Of a stretch of DNA of 64,000 nt, positions 37,169 through 46,221 are shown one piece after another. This stretch comes from Thermoplasmatota archaeon. GTDB lineage: Archaea > Thermoplasmatota > Poseidoniia > Poseidoniales > Thalassarchaeaceae. The position numbers and the translations under genes were made by a program. Each line of letters opens with the position of its first letter. Positions within the stretch are counted from its first letter, which is position 1. Location: the NCBI GenBank assembly GCA_036154155.1, contig JAYZLP010000020.1, positions 13,849 through 77,848 of the forward strand. The letters run 5' to 3'. The notes beneath the pieces are model-generated. The model had not been told where the DNA came from. It did no database searches and saw nothing but the letters and a program-made list of their open reading frames with translations.

Positions 37169-37663
37169 TCAAATTTTCTTCAACTTCATTTCAGAACCAC
37201 ATTCCGGGCATTGCCCAAATTCAGAGCGCCTTAGATTAGGTGATTTCGGAGGAGATTTACTGGCTTTACACCCAATACAACGCAGCTCCCATTTCCAAGC
37301 CTCGGAGATTCCCTCTTCCCCAATCCCCCTCCACTCGACCCCTATTGACGATGAGACGTTCTGCATCCTGTAGTCATCGGTCACAAGTATTGCGGATTTT
37401 TCATGCGCAAGGGCGATCAGTGAGAGGTCTATTGCCGAAAGTCCTGACATGTCTCCCGATTTTATCGCTGCGTCTGTGGCCACTTCAAGGGATGCTTCCC
37501 CTGGCTCCATCCGGATTGCCCCCATGGACTCTAGAATCTCGCCCCTGTCTGGAGAAATACGCTGCAATTCCGACTCTTGCCCCGGTACAATCAGAGAATC
37601 AATGATTGCTGATATCGGCCACTCAATCAGTGCCGACGTGTCCAGTACAAACACGTCCGCCAT
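37169..37663 (-). CDS. nob1: Nob1-like PIN-domain endonuclease with C-terminal zinc ribbon
   Basis: MADVFVLDTSALIE (PIN Asp), LVTDDYRMQNV, C-terminal CIGC..CPEC ribbon; start trimmed from the longer ORF. Confidence 0.65.
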   Translation of the reverse strand: MADVFVLDTSALIEWPISAIIDSLIVPGQESELQRISPDRGEILESMGAIRMEPGEASLEVATDAAIKSGDMSGLSAIDLSLIALAHEKSAILVTDDYRMQNVSSSIGVEWRGIGEEGISEAWKWELRCIGCKASKSPPKSPNLRRSEFGQCPECGSEMKLKKI

Positions 37664-37763
37664 GTTGCTCGCTGCCTGCCTCTCCCTTTCATGACTGTCG
37701 ATTACTTGGAAGAGGTGTCTCGGAACCACCAGTTCATTATAGCCATGCCCGGGACGGCCATGC

Positions 37764-38357
37764 ATGAGTGCCATTGTCTCGCAGGAGATGATTGATTCAG
37801 TCATTGATTGGGCGGATGGCCTAGGATTACTCGGTTTGGCGGCCCTTTCTTCATCTGAGGCTGCCCTACAGCCCATCCCTCCAGATCCCTTAGTTTGGAA
37901 AATGGTTCTTGATGCGGACACTGGATTTGGCATTGCTACAGTAGTTACAGTGGCCGTTCTCTCGAGTGTAATGGGAGCTGTCTTGGGGTACGCAATCGGG
38001 ATGTATGCAGGCGGCTGGGTTTTGGATAGGCTAGTCCCCGAATCAACCATTAAGAGGCTAAATGTGCTGATGGAGAGGTACGGAGCGGCTGGAATTTTCA
38101 TTGCAGCAGTCTCTCCAATTCCATACAAGGCTCTTGCATGGATAGCTGGGGCCGGTCGAATGGACCTGCGCGTTTTCGTTGCTGCTGGAATTTTCGGCAG
38201 AAGCCTCAGATTTGGAATCCCTGGATTATTACTTGGGGCATATGGCGAATCAATGGTTGAATCACTAAACTGGTTAAACTTCTCACTAGTGTCCTTTGCA
38301 GGACTATTTGTTGTAATTCCAGCAGCTAGATGGTGGAACTCATTACTCGAAGAATAG
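37764..38357 (+). CDS. DedA/VTT-domain membrane protein
   Basis: GYAIGMYAGGWVLDR..YGAAGIFIAAVSPIPYKALAWIAGAGRM. Confidence 0.75.
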   Translation: MSAIVSQEMIDSVIDWADGLGLLGLAALSSSEAALQPIPPDPLVWKMVLDADTGFGIATVVTVAVLSSVMGAVLGYAIGMYAGGWVLDRLVPESTIKRLNVLMERYGAAGIFIAAVSPIPYKALAWIAGAGRMDLRVFVAAGIFGRSLRFGIPGLLLGAYGESMVESLNWLNFSLVSFAGLFVVIPAARWWNSLLEE

Positions 38358-38419
38358 GTACTAGTGACAATATTGATTCCCGATTCGATTATGTGGTAGT
38401 GACATCTCGGAAGAGTACA

Positions 38420-38497
38420 GCTCGCGTGGTGTAGTCCGGCCCATCATACTGGGTTTTCGATCCGGCGACCCGGGTTCGAATCCCGGCGCGAGCACCA
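38420..38497 (+). tRNA. tRNA-Glu (anticodon TTC), CCA encoded
   Basis: gctcgcg..ctggg-ttTTCga-tccgg..ccggg-ttcgaat-cccgg-cgcgagc-a-cca. Confidence 0.8.
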
Positions 38498-38500
38498 ATA

Positions 38501-39031
38501 TCAGTCAACTTCGTGAACATCTGTGTTCAGATTCATTTGAGAAGCCATTTCTATTACAATTCTGGTCCACTTGCTAGTAGGGGAAGGCAAGGCCAATACG
38601 TGGGTAGCAGAATTGAGAATCTTCTCGGTAAGTGAGTTCGGCGCCTCAGGCCTCCCCCTGTCTAGAAGGCCCGTTTTTGGATCGTTCCACTCCTCAGTGA
38701 AAACAGCGATGGGAATTGAATTGTTGTCGGACCATCTCTCTGCCATGTAGTCGACCCCACTCGCGCCACCTACAATGATCAAGTCCGGGTAACCGTAATT
38801 ATCAATCCACGTGCCCATCGCTTCTTCGAATTTACGATAGTCATAGAACCTACTTGAACCGACGACTGCCAGATTGATTATCGACCCATCTTTGTTCAAG
38901 TCACGACTGCCTAGGCGCTCGACGATATCTTGCCCCCGTCCGCCTTCCATACTAGTTGCCGATGAGGGTGCCCAACAATAAACCTCCCCCGAAGAATGGC
39001 AATCAGGGGCAATATTGCATAAGTTAGTCAA
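38501..39031 (-). CDS. SLOG/DprA-like Rossmann-fold protein (DUF2493-like), function unknown
   Basis: LAVVGSSRFYDY..DLIIVGGASGVDYMAERWS pattern. Confidence 0.45.
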   Translation of the reverse strand: MTNLCNIAPDCHSSGEVYCWAPSSATSMEGGRGQDIVERLGSRDLNKDGSIINLAVVGSSRFYDYRKFEEAMGTWIDNYGYPDLIIVGGASGVDYMAERWSDNNSIPIAVFTEEWNDPKTGLLDRGRPEAPNSLTEKILNSATHVLALPSPTSKWTRIVIEMASQMNLNTDVHEVD

Positions 39032-39090
39032 GCTATGAAAACAACATTCTTCACTAAAGTACTGAATATTTTTTCAGCAAGTGAGTTGAT

Positions 39091-40356
39091 ATGTCTCCCC
39101 CCAGCCCCTCGGCCCGGGGTGTTACCATAGCGTTAGATGTGGAGGAAATTCGCTCACACTTCCCGATCCTGCATAGAATTCTTCCCAATGGAAAACCCTT
39201 GGTCTACTTCGACAATGCGGCAACGTCACAAAAGCCCCTGGTAGTCATAGACGCAATGTCTGATTTCTACAAGCAGTACCACGCAAACGCCCACAGGGCT
39301 AACCATACATTGGCCGATGAATCAACAGCCGCTCTCGAGAGTGCCAGGGACAGGATAGCTACATTCTTCGGGACAAATGAGAATCAGATGATCTACACTG
39401 GTAGCGCAACAGAGGCCATGAATTTAGTAGCATACGGATGGGCTAGGTATAATCTCAAGGAAGGTGACGTTGTAGTCACAACTGAGATGGAGCATCATGC
39501 TAACATCGTGCCCTGGCAGGAGCTTTCCAAGGAGAGGGGAATCGAGCTTAGGTATGTCCCCATTGATACCGAGAAGTTCACTCTCGACTATGATGCCATG
39601 GAAGTGGCGATTCAGGGCGCTTCATTGGTTTGTGTTGGGCACGTTAGTAATGTCCTAGGAGTTCGCAATGAAATTGAGAGGGTAATTGAGATGGCTCACT
39701 CTGAGGGTGCCAGAGTTGCACTGGACAGTGCTCAGGGGGCACCGCATGAGAGGATTAATTTCGATGAACTGGGAGCTGATTTCTGCTCTATAGCGGCACA
39801 CAAAATGGCTGGACCAACTGGAATTGGATGCTTGCTTGTAAGGCCCGAAGCCCTCTCAGAGATGGGGCCATTTTTGACAGGCGGATCAATAGTCAAGAGA
39901 GTCTCAAAAGAAGACACGCTTTTCCAAGATGGATATGCAATGTTCGAGACCGGAACTCCGAGGATGGCAGAGGCCATAGGTTGGCATGCCGCTGTTGATT
40001 GGTTGGAGGAAAATATCGACTTCGACGAGGCACACGAACACGTACATGGAATCGCTTCTTGGATGGCTTCGGAGATGCGGGAAATCCCTGGAATTACCGT
40101 ATTCGGGAATCCTGAAATGGAAGAGGCGATCGGAGTTGTTTCGTTCTTACACGATACTATTCAAGCACAAGATCTAGGATACCTCCTCGATGCTGGGGGT
40201 TTCGCCGTGAGGACGGGGCATCATTGCGCTCAGCCATTGATGGAGGCCATGGGAGTAGGCTCAACAAATCGAGCCTCAGTGTGGTTCTACAATACTATGG
40301 AAGAGGCGGAGGCGTTTGTTTCCCACTTGAGAAATGTCGTTGAAAGGTTCTCTTAA
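39091..40356 (+). CDS. sufS: Cysteine desulfurase SufS-type
   Basis: YFDNAATSQKP, class V PLP fold, C-terminal RTGHHCAQP active-site Cys loop. Confidence 0.85.
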   Translation: MSPPSPSARGVTIALDVEEIRSHFPILHRILPNGKPLVYFDNAATSQKPLVVIDAMSDFYKQYHANAHRANHTLADESTAALESARDRIATFFGTNENQMIYTGSATEAMNLVAYGWARYNLKEGDVVVTTEMEHHANIVPWQELSKERGIELRYVPIDTEKFTLDYDAMEVAIQGASLVCVGHVSNVLGVRNEIERVIEMAHSEGARVALDSAQGAPHERINFDELGADFCSIAAHKMAGPTGIGCLLVRPEALSEMGPFLTGGSIVKRVSKEDTLFQDGYAMFETGTPRMAEAIGWHAAVDWLEENIDFDEAHEHVHGIASWMASEMREIPGITVFGNPEMEEAIGVVSFLHDTIQAQDLGYLLDAGGFAVRTGHHCAQPLMEAMGVGSTNRASVWFYNTMEEAEAFVSHLRNVVERFS

Positions 40357-40392
40357 TCTAAATCGAACCCTCGCAATGGTGAAATCCCCACT

Positions 40393-40836
40393 ATGCCTAG
40401 CACCTCCATGGCAGACGAGAGTGAGTGGTCAGATGAGATCATCGAAATTGTCGAGAGATTCCAGTCTTGCTTCGACGACATGGAGAGGCTAGAACTGCTC
40501 TTCGAGTATGCCGAGAAGCACCCCTCGACTCTTCCAATGGAGCTTTGGGATGATGAAAATATGGTCCATGGCTGTCAATCCAGAGCTCATGTGGTATGCT
40601 CTCTTGACAATGAGGGGGGGTTCATGGCCGAGGGAGGCGCCGATGCCCAGATAGTACAAGGCCTAATGGCGATCACTGCAATAGCGGTAAACGGCCAAAC
40701 TCCCGACAAGGTAGCTGAGCACGACCCCACTTACATCGAGGGCATGGGACTCAGTAGGATCCTTACTCCCAGTAGGGCTAATGGATTCATGAACATGGTT
40801 AGGAAGGTCAAAGAAGAGGCATCCTCGCTGATGTGA
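40393..40836 (+). CDS. sufE: SufE-like sulfur acceptor
   Basis: MVHGCQSRAHVV (conserved Cys), DAQIVQGL, SRANGFMNM. Confidence 0.75.
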   Translation: MPSTSMADESEWSDEIIEIVERFQSCFDDMERLELLFEYAEKHPSTLPMELWDDENMVHGCQSRAHVVCSLDNEGGFMAEGGADAQIVQGLMAITAIAVNGQTPDKVAEHDPTYIEGMGLSRILTPSRANGFMNMVRKVKEEASSLM

Positions 40837-40845
40837 TGTGGTAAT

Positions 40846-41160
40846 ATGGTAACTGTGTCAGATGTTAGGGACTCCCTCATTGCTGTCGAGGATCCAGAAA
40901 TGAAGATTTCAGTTATTGAATTGGGACTAATTTATGACATTAGGTTAGAGGGGGAGGGAGACTCAACGCACGTGGAGATAGACATGACCCTAACAAGCCC
41001 GGGTTGCCCAATAGCACCGGAACTTATGGCAGCAGTACACAGAGCCGCGGCCCAAACCTCGGGAGTAAAGTCAGCGCATGTGAATCTAACATTCTCCCCC
41101 CTGTGGGATCCCAAGATTCACGCCTCTGAAGATGCAAGAATAGATCTAGGCATATTCTAA
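40846..41160 (+). CDS. DUF59/SufT-like Fe-S assembly protein
   Basis: VRDSLIAVEDPEMKISVIELGLIYDI..TLTSPGCPIAPEL. Confidence 0.7.
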   Translation: MVTVSDVRDSLIAVEDPEMKISVIELGLIYDIRLEGEGDSTHVEIDMTLTSPGCPIAPELMAAVHRAAAQTSGVKSAHVNLTFSPLWDPKIHASEDARIDLGIF

Positions 41161-42029
41161 TTCCCATTCTCGGCTGCTAGAACCGTATTGGACATCAGCA
41201 TTGCTATCGTCATCGGACCAACTCCGCCTGGTACGGGTGTAATGCTCCCCGCGATTTCCCTCGCCCCGTCTTCCACATCCCCCACTAATCGGGTACCACT
41301 GGACCTTGAATCATCATTAATTCGATTAATTCCAACATCGATTACAGTTGAACCGGGCTTAATCCATGAAGACTTTACCATCTCCGGTCTACCAACAGCA
41401 GCAATCAGAATGTCCGCCTCTCTGCAAATTTCTCCCAGTGATTTGGTCTTGGAATGGGCAATGGTGACCGTGGTGTCAACACCTTTCTGGGCAAGCAGGA
41501 TGGAAAGGGGCATCCCAACGATCCTGGATCTTCCAATTACAACGGCCCTCTTTCCCACCAATTCCAGTCCCGAGTGCCTTAGAATCTCCATCACGGCCGA
41601 GGGGGTGCAGGGAACCAATCCATTTCCGTCCCCCATAACAATTCTGCCTAGGTTCGAAGGATGGAATCCGTCAACATCCTTGGTCGGCTCAATCGCCTCA
41701 ATTACGGCAATCTCGTCAATCCCATTAGGAAGCGGACTCTGAACTAGGATCCCATGTACGGATTCATCGCCGTTCAACTTCTGTACAGCTGAAATCACGT
41801 CCTCCTGGTTTACATCGGATGCTAGGTCTATTCGAGTACTGGCTATCCCGACCCTCTCGCATGCCCTCTCTTTATTCCGCACATACACATGACTAGCCGG
41901 GTCATCCCCCACGATAATCACCGCTAAGTGGGGGGTGACTCCTCTCTTGGACAAAGAGAGAATCCTCTCAGAAAGACCATTTTCTATCTCGATACCGAGA
42001 GCCTTGCCGTCAATTATCGCCGCTCCCAT
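41157..42029 (-). CDS. folD: Bifunctional methylenetetrahydrofolate dehydrogenase/cyclohydrolase
   Basis: IIDGKALG..HLAVIIVGDDPASHVYVRNK..VQSPLP..VVIGRSRIVGMPLS. Confidence 0.85.
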   Translation of the reverse strand: MGAAIIDGKALGIEIENGLSERILSLSKRGVTPHLAVIIVGDDPASHVYVRNKERACERVGIASTRIDLASDVNQEDVISAVQKLNGDESVHGILVQSPLPNGIDEIAVIEAIEPTKDVDGFHPSNLGRIVMGDGNGLVPCTPSAVMEILRHSGLELVGKRAVVIGRSRIVGMPLSILLAQKGVDTTVTIAHSKTKSLGEICREADILIAAVGRPEMVKSSWIKPGSTVIDVGINRINDDSRSSGTRLVGDVEDGAREIAGSITPVPGGVGPMTIAMLMSNTVLAAENGN

Positions 42030-42073
42030 GTAGGTTCGTCAAGCAACTTCGCTAAGACCTTTCACATGGCTGT

Positions 42074-42150
<77 letters not shown>

Positions 42151-42239
42151 CTGTACCTCACAGGAGACAACTGTTCTTGAACCCTTTAGTCGAACAAACT
42201 CTCCTAGGGGTTGATGCGTAACCTCCTTCTCGGACCGTC

Positions 42240-42647
42240 GTGGCAATTGGCGGGTCGGATCATAGGAGGATTAACGTGGTTATCTCCGCTTGGCTTTGTA
42301 TCGCTATAGGGAGCGCAGTCATTCTTTATTCGAGCTCATCACCATTCGCTCTAGCATTGGCAGCACCCATTTCTATTGCAGGTGTTGTACTGCTTGTAGT
42401 TGGATTGGGAATGAAGGATGAAGGAACAGCGGACCATGAGGTCATCGAAAATTGGGAACCAGAGCCCGATATTCTACCAGATGCAGGAGGGCCGATGTAT
42501 AGGATTGACACCACTTTGGTTGAGCCAATCAGGACCTCGATACTTTGCGGTAGGTGTGGAAATGTGCATTGGCTGGAAGGCGGTAGGCCACATTTTTTTG
42601 AATGCCCTGTTTGTGAGGTAGAATTGTGGAGGGACGAGGAAGAGTAA
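42240..42647 (+). CDS. Hypothetical membrane protein with C-terminal zinc ribbon
   Basis: Two N-terminal TM helices, then CGRCGNVHW..CPVCEVE. Confidence 0.45.
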   Translation: MAIGGSDHRRINVVISAWLCIAIGSAVILYSSSSPFALALAAPISIAGVVLLVVGLGMKDEGTADHEVIENWEPEPDILPDAGGPMYRIDTTLVEPIRTSILCGRCGNVHWLEGGRPHFFECPVCEVELWRDEEE

Positions 42648-42707
42648 TCAAATCCTTCTTCGGGAACCGTCAAGTGGGAAACTCTACTCGAGAGGCCGGG
42701 GATAATC

Positions 42708-44201
42708 TTGGAAATGAGTAACAATGAGCGTACATTGCTCAAATTCATGTTATCCGAACCATCCAGAACTTGGACCTTGGACGAACTCCTTTCAGGTGCT
42801 GGCTGGGATGACCAGGTCCATGTCGCAGGCTCGGGAATGGCTCTTTCCGAGTTAGGCCTAGTAACCGTAAATGAAGAAATCGAGGCCTTTGTTTCCCTGG
42901 GCGAAGAGGGTGTGAACGCCCATCGCGAGGGCCTCCTGGAGTTCAGAATTTGGAACTGCCTCTCTTCTCTGCCTGAATCAGAGAGGACGATGGATAGGCT
43001 ATTCGAGGAGGGGTTTGAGCGCCACGAAGCAGGTCCCGGCATAGGCCTACTGAAATCCATGGGGCTTTCAATCGATTCTGGAAGGCTGGTCGTCGAGGAC
43101 GAGATATCAATTTCTAAGCAGATTTCTGTAAGATCAGAATTCATCTCTTCTTTGTCAGAAGGCCCCGTTGCCAAGTTAAAACTAGATGACGAAATGGTTA
43201 GCCATTTCCTGGGGAGGAAGGGATTAATTCTGATCAATGAGGAAACCTCCAGATCTTGGTCACTAACCGATGCCGGCTCATCGATTGAACAATCAGAACT
43301 TGAGCATGTTGAGATGATCGGTGAGGTAACGCCAGAGTTGCTCCAATCAGAAAACTGGAGGGGTGCGAAGTTCAAGCCCTTTGATGTAAATTCACCAGCA
43401 CCAATTCCCATGGGCGGGCGCCCCCATCCCATGCAGGCGTTGATAGAGAGGATAAGACAGGTCTTCTTGGAGATGGGGTTCTCGGAGATAGAGGGGGACT
43501 TTGTGCAGTCTGCAGGATGGAATATGGACGCTCTTTACATCCCGCAATCTCATCCAGCAAGGACCATGCAAGACACCTTCTACCTGTCTGAGCCCAGTCA
43601 AATCGATGTCGATGAACACTATCTCGATCTTTGGTCCAAGGTTCATGAGCACGGACACGACACAGGAAGTAAAGGCTGGGGCGGCTCCTTTGACAAGGAT
43701 GAGTCACGCAAATCATTACTGAGGACTCATACGACTGTAAACACTGTGAGGCACATCGCGGAGAATCCCGATGAACCCTCAAGGGTTTTTGGCATTGGAA
43801 GGGTTTTCCGTCAGGAGACGATCGATCGAACCCACCTTCCTGAATTCCACCAGATTGAGGGGATAATCCACGAGGAAGAAGCTAGCCTTCCGATGCTTAT
43901 CACAACTCTGAAGACGTTCTACTCCAAGATGGGCTACCCAGATGTCCGAGTACGACCCGCCTATTTCCCATACACGGAGCCTAGTGTGGAGGTGGACATC
44001 CTTTGGAGGGGCCAATGGCTTGAGCTAGGGGGGGCTGGAATATTCCGCCCAGAGGTCACGGAGCCGCTAGGCTCCAAGTGGCCCGTGTGTGCATGGGGGA
44101 TGGGGCTAGAGAGACTGGCAATGATTATACTAGACCTGGACGATATACGGCAGTTGTACCAACCAGATCTTGAGAGGTTGAGTCGGATGCCCATACTCTG
44201 A
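42708..44201 (+). CDS. pheS: Phenylalanyl-tRNA synthetase alpha subunit (archaeal/eukaryotic type)
   Basis: Class II core motifs FRPAYFPYTEPSVEVDI, GAGIFRPEV, AWGMGLERLAMI. Confidence 0.85.
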   Translation: MEMSNNERTLLKFMLSEPSRTWTLDELLSGAGWDDQVHVAGSGMALSELGLVTVNEEIEAFVSLGEEGVNAHREGLLEFRIWNCLSSLPESERTMDRLFEEGFERHEAGPGIGLLKSMGLSIDSGRLVVEDEISISKQISVRSEFISSLSEGPVAKLKLDDEMVSHFLGRKGLILINEETSRSWSLTDAGSSIEQSELEHVEMIGEVTPELLQSENWRGAKFKPFDVNSPAPIPMGGRPHPMQALIERIRQVFLEMGFSEIEGDFVQSAGWNMDALYIPQSHPARTMQDTFYLSEPSQIDVDEHYLDLWSKVHEHGHDTGSKGWGGSFDKDESRKSLLRTHTTVNTVRHIAENPDEPSRVFGIGRVFRQETIDRTHLPEFHQIEGIIHEEEASLPMLITTLKTFYSKMGYPDVRVRPAYFPYTEPSVEVDILWRGQWLELGGAGIFRPEVTEPLGSKWPVCAWGMGLERLAMIILDLDDIRQLYQPDLERLSRMPIL

Positions 44202-46146
44202 CCACGATTACTGCCATAATCAGGAATGACAGGATCTCTCCACCATTAGGCGGGATAATTTCAGAGAAGTCCGCTATTGAATTCGATACTTCGGACGCCT
44301 GACCCGGAGGCCCTCCTCCGCAACCATCGGGCGGAGGTCCAATCCCGGGGCCCCATGTTTCGCCGTGTCCAGAGCAGTCAGCGCCACCTCCTTCCCCATT
44401 CTCAGAGTAAACCTCCCCTCTGTAGCAGTTTATGAAATAGGGAAAACCAATCCCTCCTTCTCCATTCTCCCAGGTTGTGTGATAGTGGTAGATTCCATCT
44501 GGATAGTCCGGCGTTGGACCGTATTGGCCGTTACAAGAATCCAAGTCTCCGATCCCAGGAGAATATTCGTAGTCATCTATTCCGTTATACCCGGTCTCGC
44601 CTTCCTTGAGCCTGTATGAGGATTTCATTTCAGTTAACTCTCCTTCATCATCCCATCCAACGAAACCATAGATTGGGTATCCATCTAAGGCGAAGCCCAC
44701 TATTGGAGAGTGACTTGTGATTGACCTCGTTGACTCCAAGCTGTAATCAGCCCAGGTTTCTCCACTTTCTTCATCGGGGTGCCAGTGCAAACAGTTCGCA
44801 TCGGCGTGGTAGTGAAACTCCCCGCCTGGGCCTGAGTGGGCATGACAGATCCCTAGCCACACATGCTGCCTATCTTCCTCGTAGGCCCCCTCCTGTCCAG
44901 CTACTGCATCCCCACCGGGCCCATCCTCAGGCCCAAAAATAGGCACCCCATTCGCAGCGAAAGCAACTGCTCCCCTTTCCGGTGCCATGGTGCAACCATC
45001 GGTGGAGATAGATGGATCACACCCAGTCTGATTAGTGGGCTCGAGTGGTATCGTCCATACATGTTCCTGTGCGCTTGTGCAGCAGCCGGGTCCAGACTCA
45101 AGGTCGTGATTTGGAAGGCCATTGGCGGAAATTTGTATATGGGTCTCGTTGGTGGTAAAGCTGAGTTGGCAAACGTGATTGTCAAATTCACTAGTGTTGT
45201 AGTCGTCTATTCCTTCAACCTGTTCTGTGGAGTCACACAATAGCACATCTTCCCACCATTCCTCTGTTCCAGCCTCGATCTCCTCCGATTGTTCATCGTA
45301 CTCGCACGAACCGTCATCCTCCTCAGCGCCAGAGTCGTAGTTGTTGGCCTCTGGGTCTGTGCAACCAGTGACTGGCGCTGGCTCGTCGTACTCGCACGAA
45401 CCGTCATCCTCCTCAGCGCCAGAGTCGTAGTTGTTGGCCTCTGGGTCAGTACACCCTTGAGTTGGTTCTGCTTCAGTTTCCAGAACAGTAATGGTGACAA
45501 TTTTCTGACTTGATGTTTCAGTCCATATGCCACACGTAGCCTCTAGTGAGACCGTGGTGTTTTCCTGTAGGTTGGAAAGCTCCAGAATGTAGCCCCCATC
45601 TTCGTCTATTGGCAGCCCTAGGCTGGACTCTTCGATATCGGTGGTGCTCCACCTCAATTCACATGTCGAAGCGTCATCGTGGATTACAAGTCCGGAGATC
45701 GGAGCATCCCCTCCACGTTCAACATGGAACTCGCCCTGAGAAGTCGTAAGCTCCGTTTCACTCTCTTCAGGATAGTGAATAATGAAAGCTTTGGACCACG
45801 ACGTCTCTTGCCCCAGACTGTCTATTGCCACAACCTTCAGTGCATGGCTACCCACATCTAGTTCAGAGATGTCAATTGAGATCACGCCATACTGATCGGG
45901 TAAATCAGCGATTTCATCTCCGTCTAGTGTGACCAATAGTGAGAGGTCTGACATCTTCTCGTCGCTTATGGTGATTCTAACCGTGTCAACCGTGCCTATC
46001 AGTATCGTATCGGGAAGATCGGAGTCAACAGTGGGCGCGCGATTAAGTCCCTCGTCTTCAACGCCGAAGAAAAGGATGCCCGCCATCACACTGGTAATCA
46101 TGAGCCCAGCCAGCATCAATGACCTCGCGGCCCCTCCATCTTCCAT
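44125..46146 (-). CDS. Secreted YHYH-domain protein with Ig-like N-terminal region, tandem Cys-containing 30-aa repeats and C-terminal hydrophobic anchor
   Basis: Signal anchor. Repeats TQGCTDPEANNYDSGAEEDDGSCEYDE x2. C-terminal GEFHYHADANCLHWHP ... YHYHTTWENG motifs. The 3' end overlaps the pheS 3' end by 77 nt. Confidence 0.6.
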   Translation of the reverse strand: MEDGGAARSLMLAGLMITSVMAGILFFGVEDEGLNRAPTVDSDLPDTILIGTVDTVRITISDEKMSDLSLLVTLDGDEIADLPDQYGVISIDISELDVGSHALKVVAIDSLGQETSWSKAFIIHYPEESETELTTSQGEFHVERGGDAPISGLVIHDDASTCELRWSTTDIEESSLGLPIDEDGGYILELSNLQENTTVSLEATCGIWTETSSQKIVTITVLETEAEPTQGCTDPEANNYDSGAEEDDGSCEYDEPAPVTGCTDPEANNYDSGAEEDDGSCEYDEQSEEIEAGTEEWWEDVLLCDSTEQVEGIDDYNTSEFDNHVCQLSFTTNETHIQISANGLPNHDLESGPGCCTSAQEHVWTIPLEPTNQTGCDPSISTDGCTMAPERGAVAFAANGVPIFGPEDGPGGDAVAGQEGAYEEDRQHVWLGICHAHSGPGGEFHYHADANCLHWHPDEESGETWADYSLESTRSITSHSPIVGFALDGYPIYGFVGWDDEGELTEMKSSYRLKEGETGYNGIDDYEYSPGIGDLDSCNGQYGPTPDYPDGIYHYHTTWENGEGGIGFPYFINCYRGEVYSENGEGGGADCSGHGETWGPGIGPPPDGCGGGPPGQASEVSNSIADFSEIIPPNGGEILSFLIMAVIVVRVWASDSTSQDLVGTTAVYRPGLV
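45296..45447. repeat. Perfect 62-nt identity within a 90-bp tandem direct repeat (2 copies) inside the YHYH gene
   Basis: tcgtactcgcacgaaccgtcatcctcctcagcgccagagtcgtagttgttggcctctgggtc occurs at 45296-45357 and again at 45386-45447. Confidence 0.85.
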
Positions 46147-46221
46147 GATTCAATGTGAGGGCAAGGGCATATAATCAATTAAGTGAAAATGCACGAAAAA
46201 TATGCAATGCAATGAAAAACT

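Noticed and set aside
42326-43432. 368-aa Ser-rich minus-strand ORF
   Set aside because: Antisense to the Zn-ribbon membrane protein and pheS; low complexity
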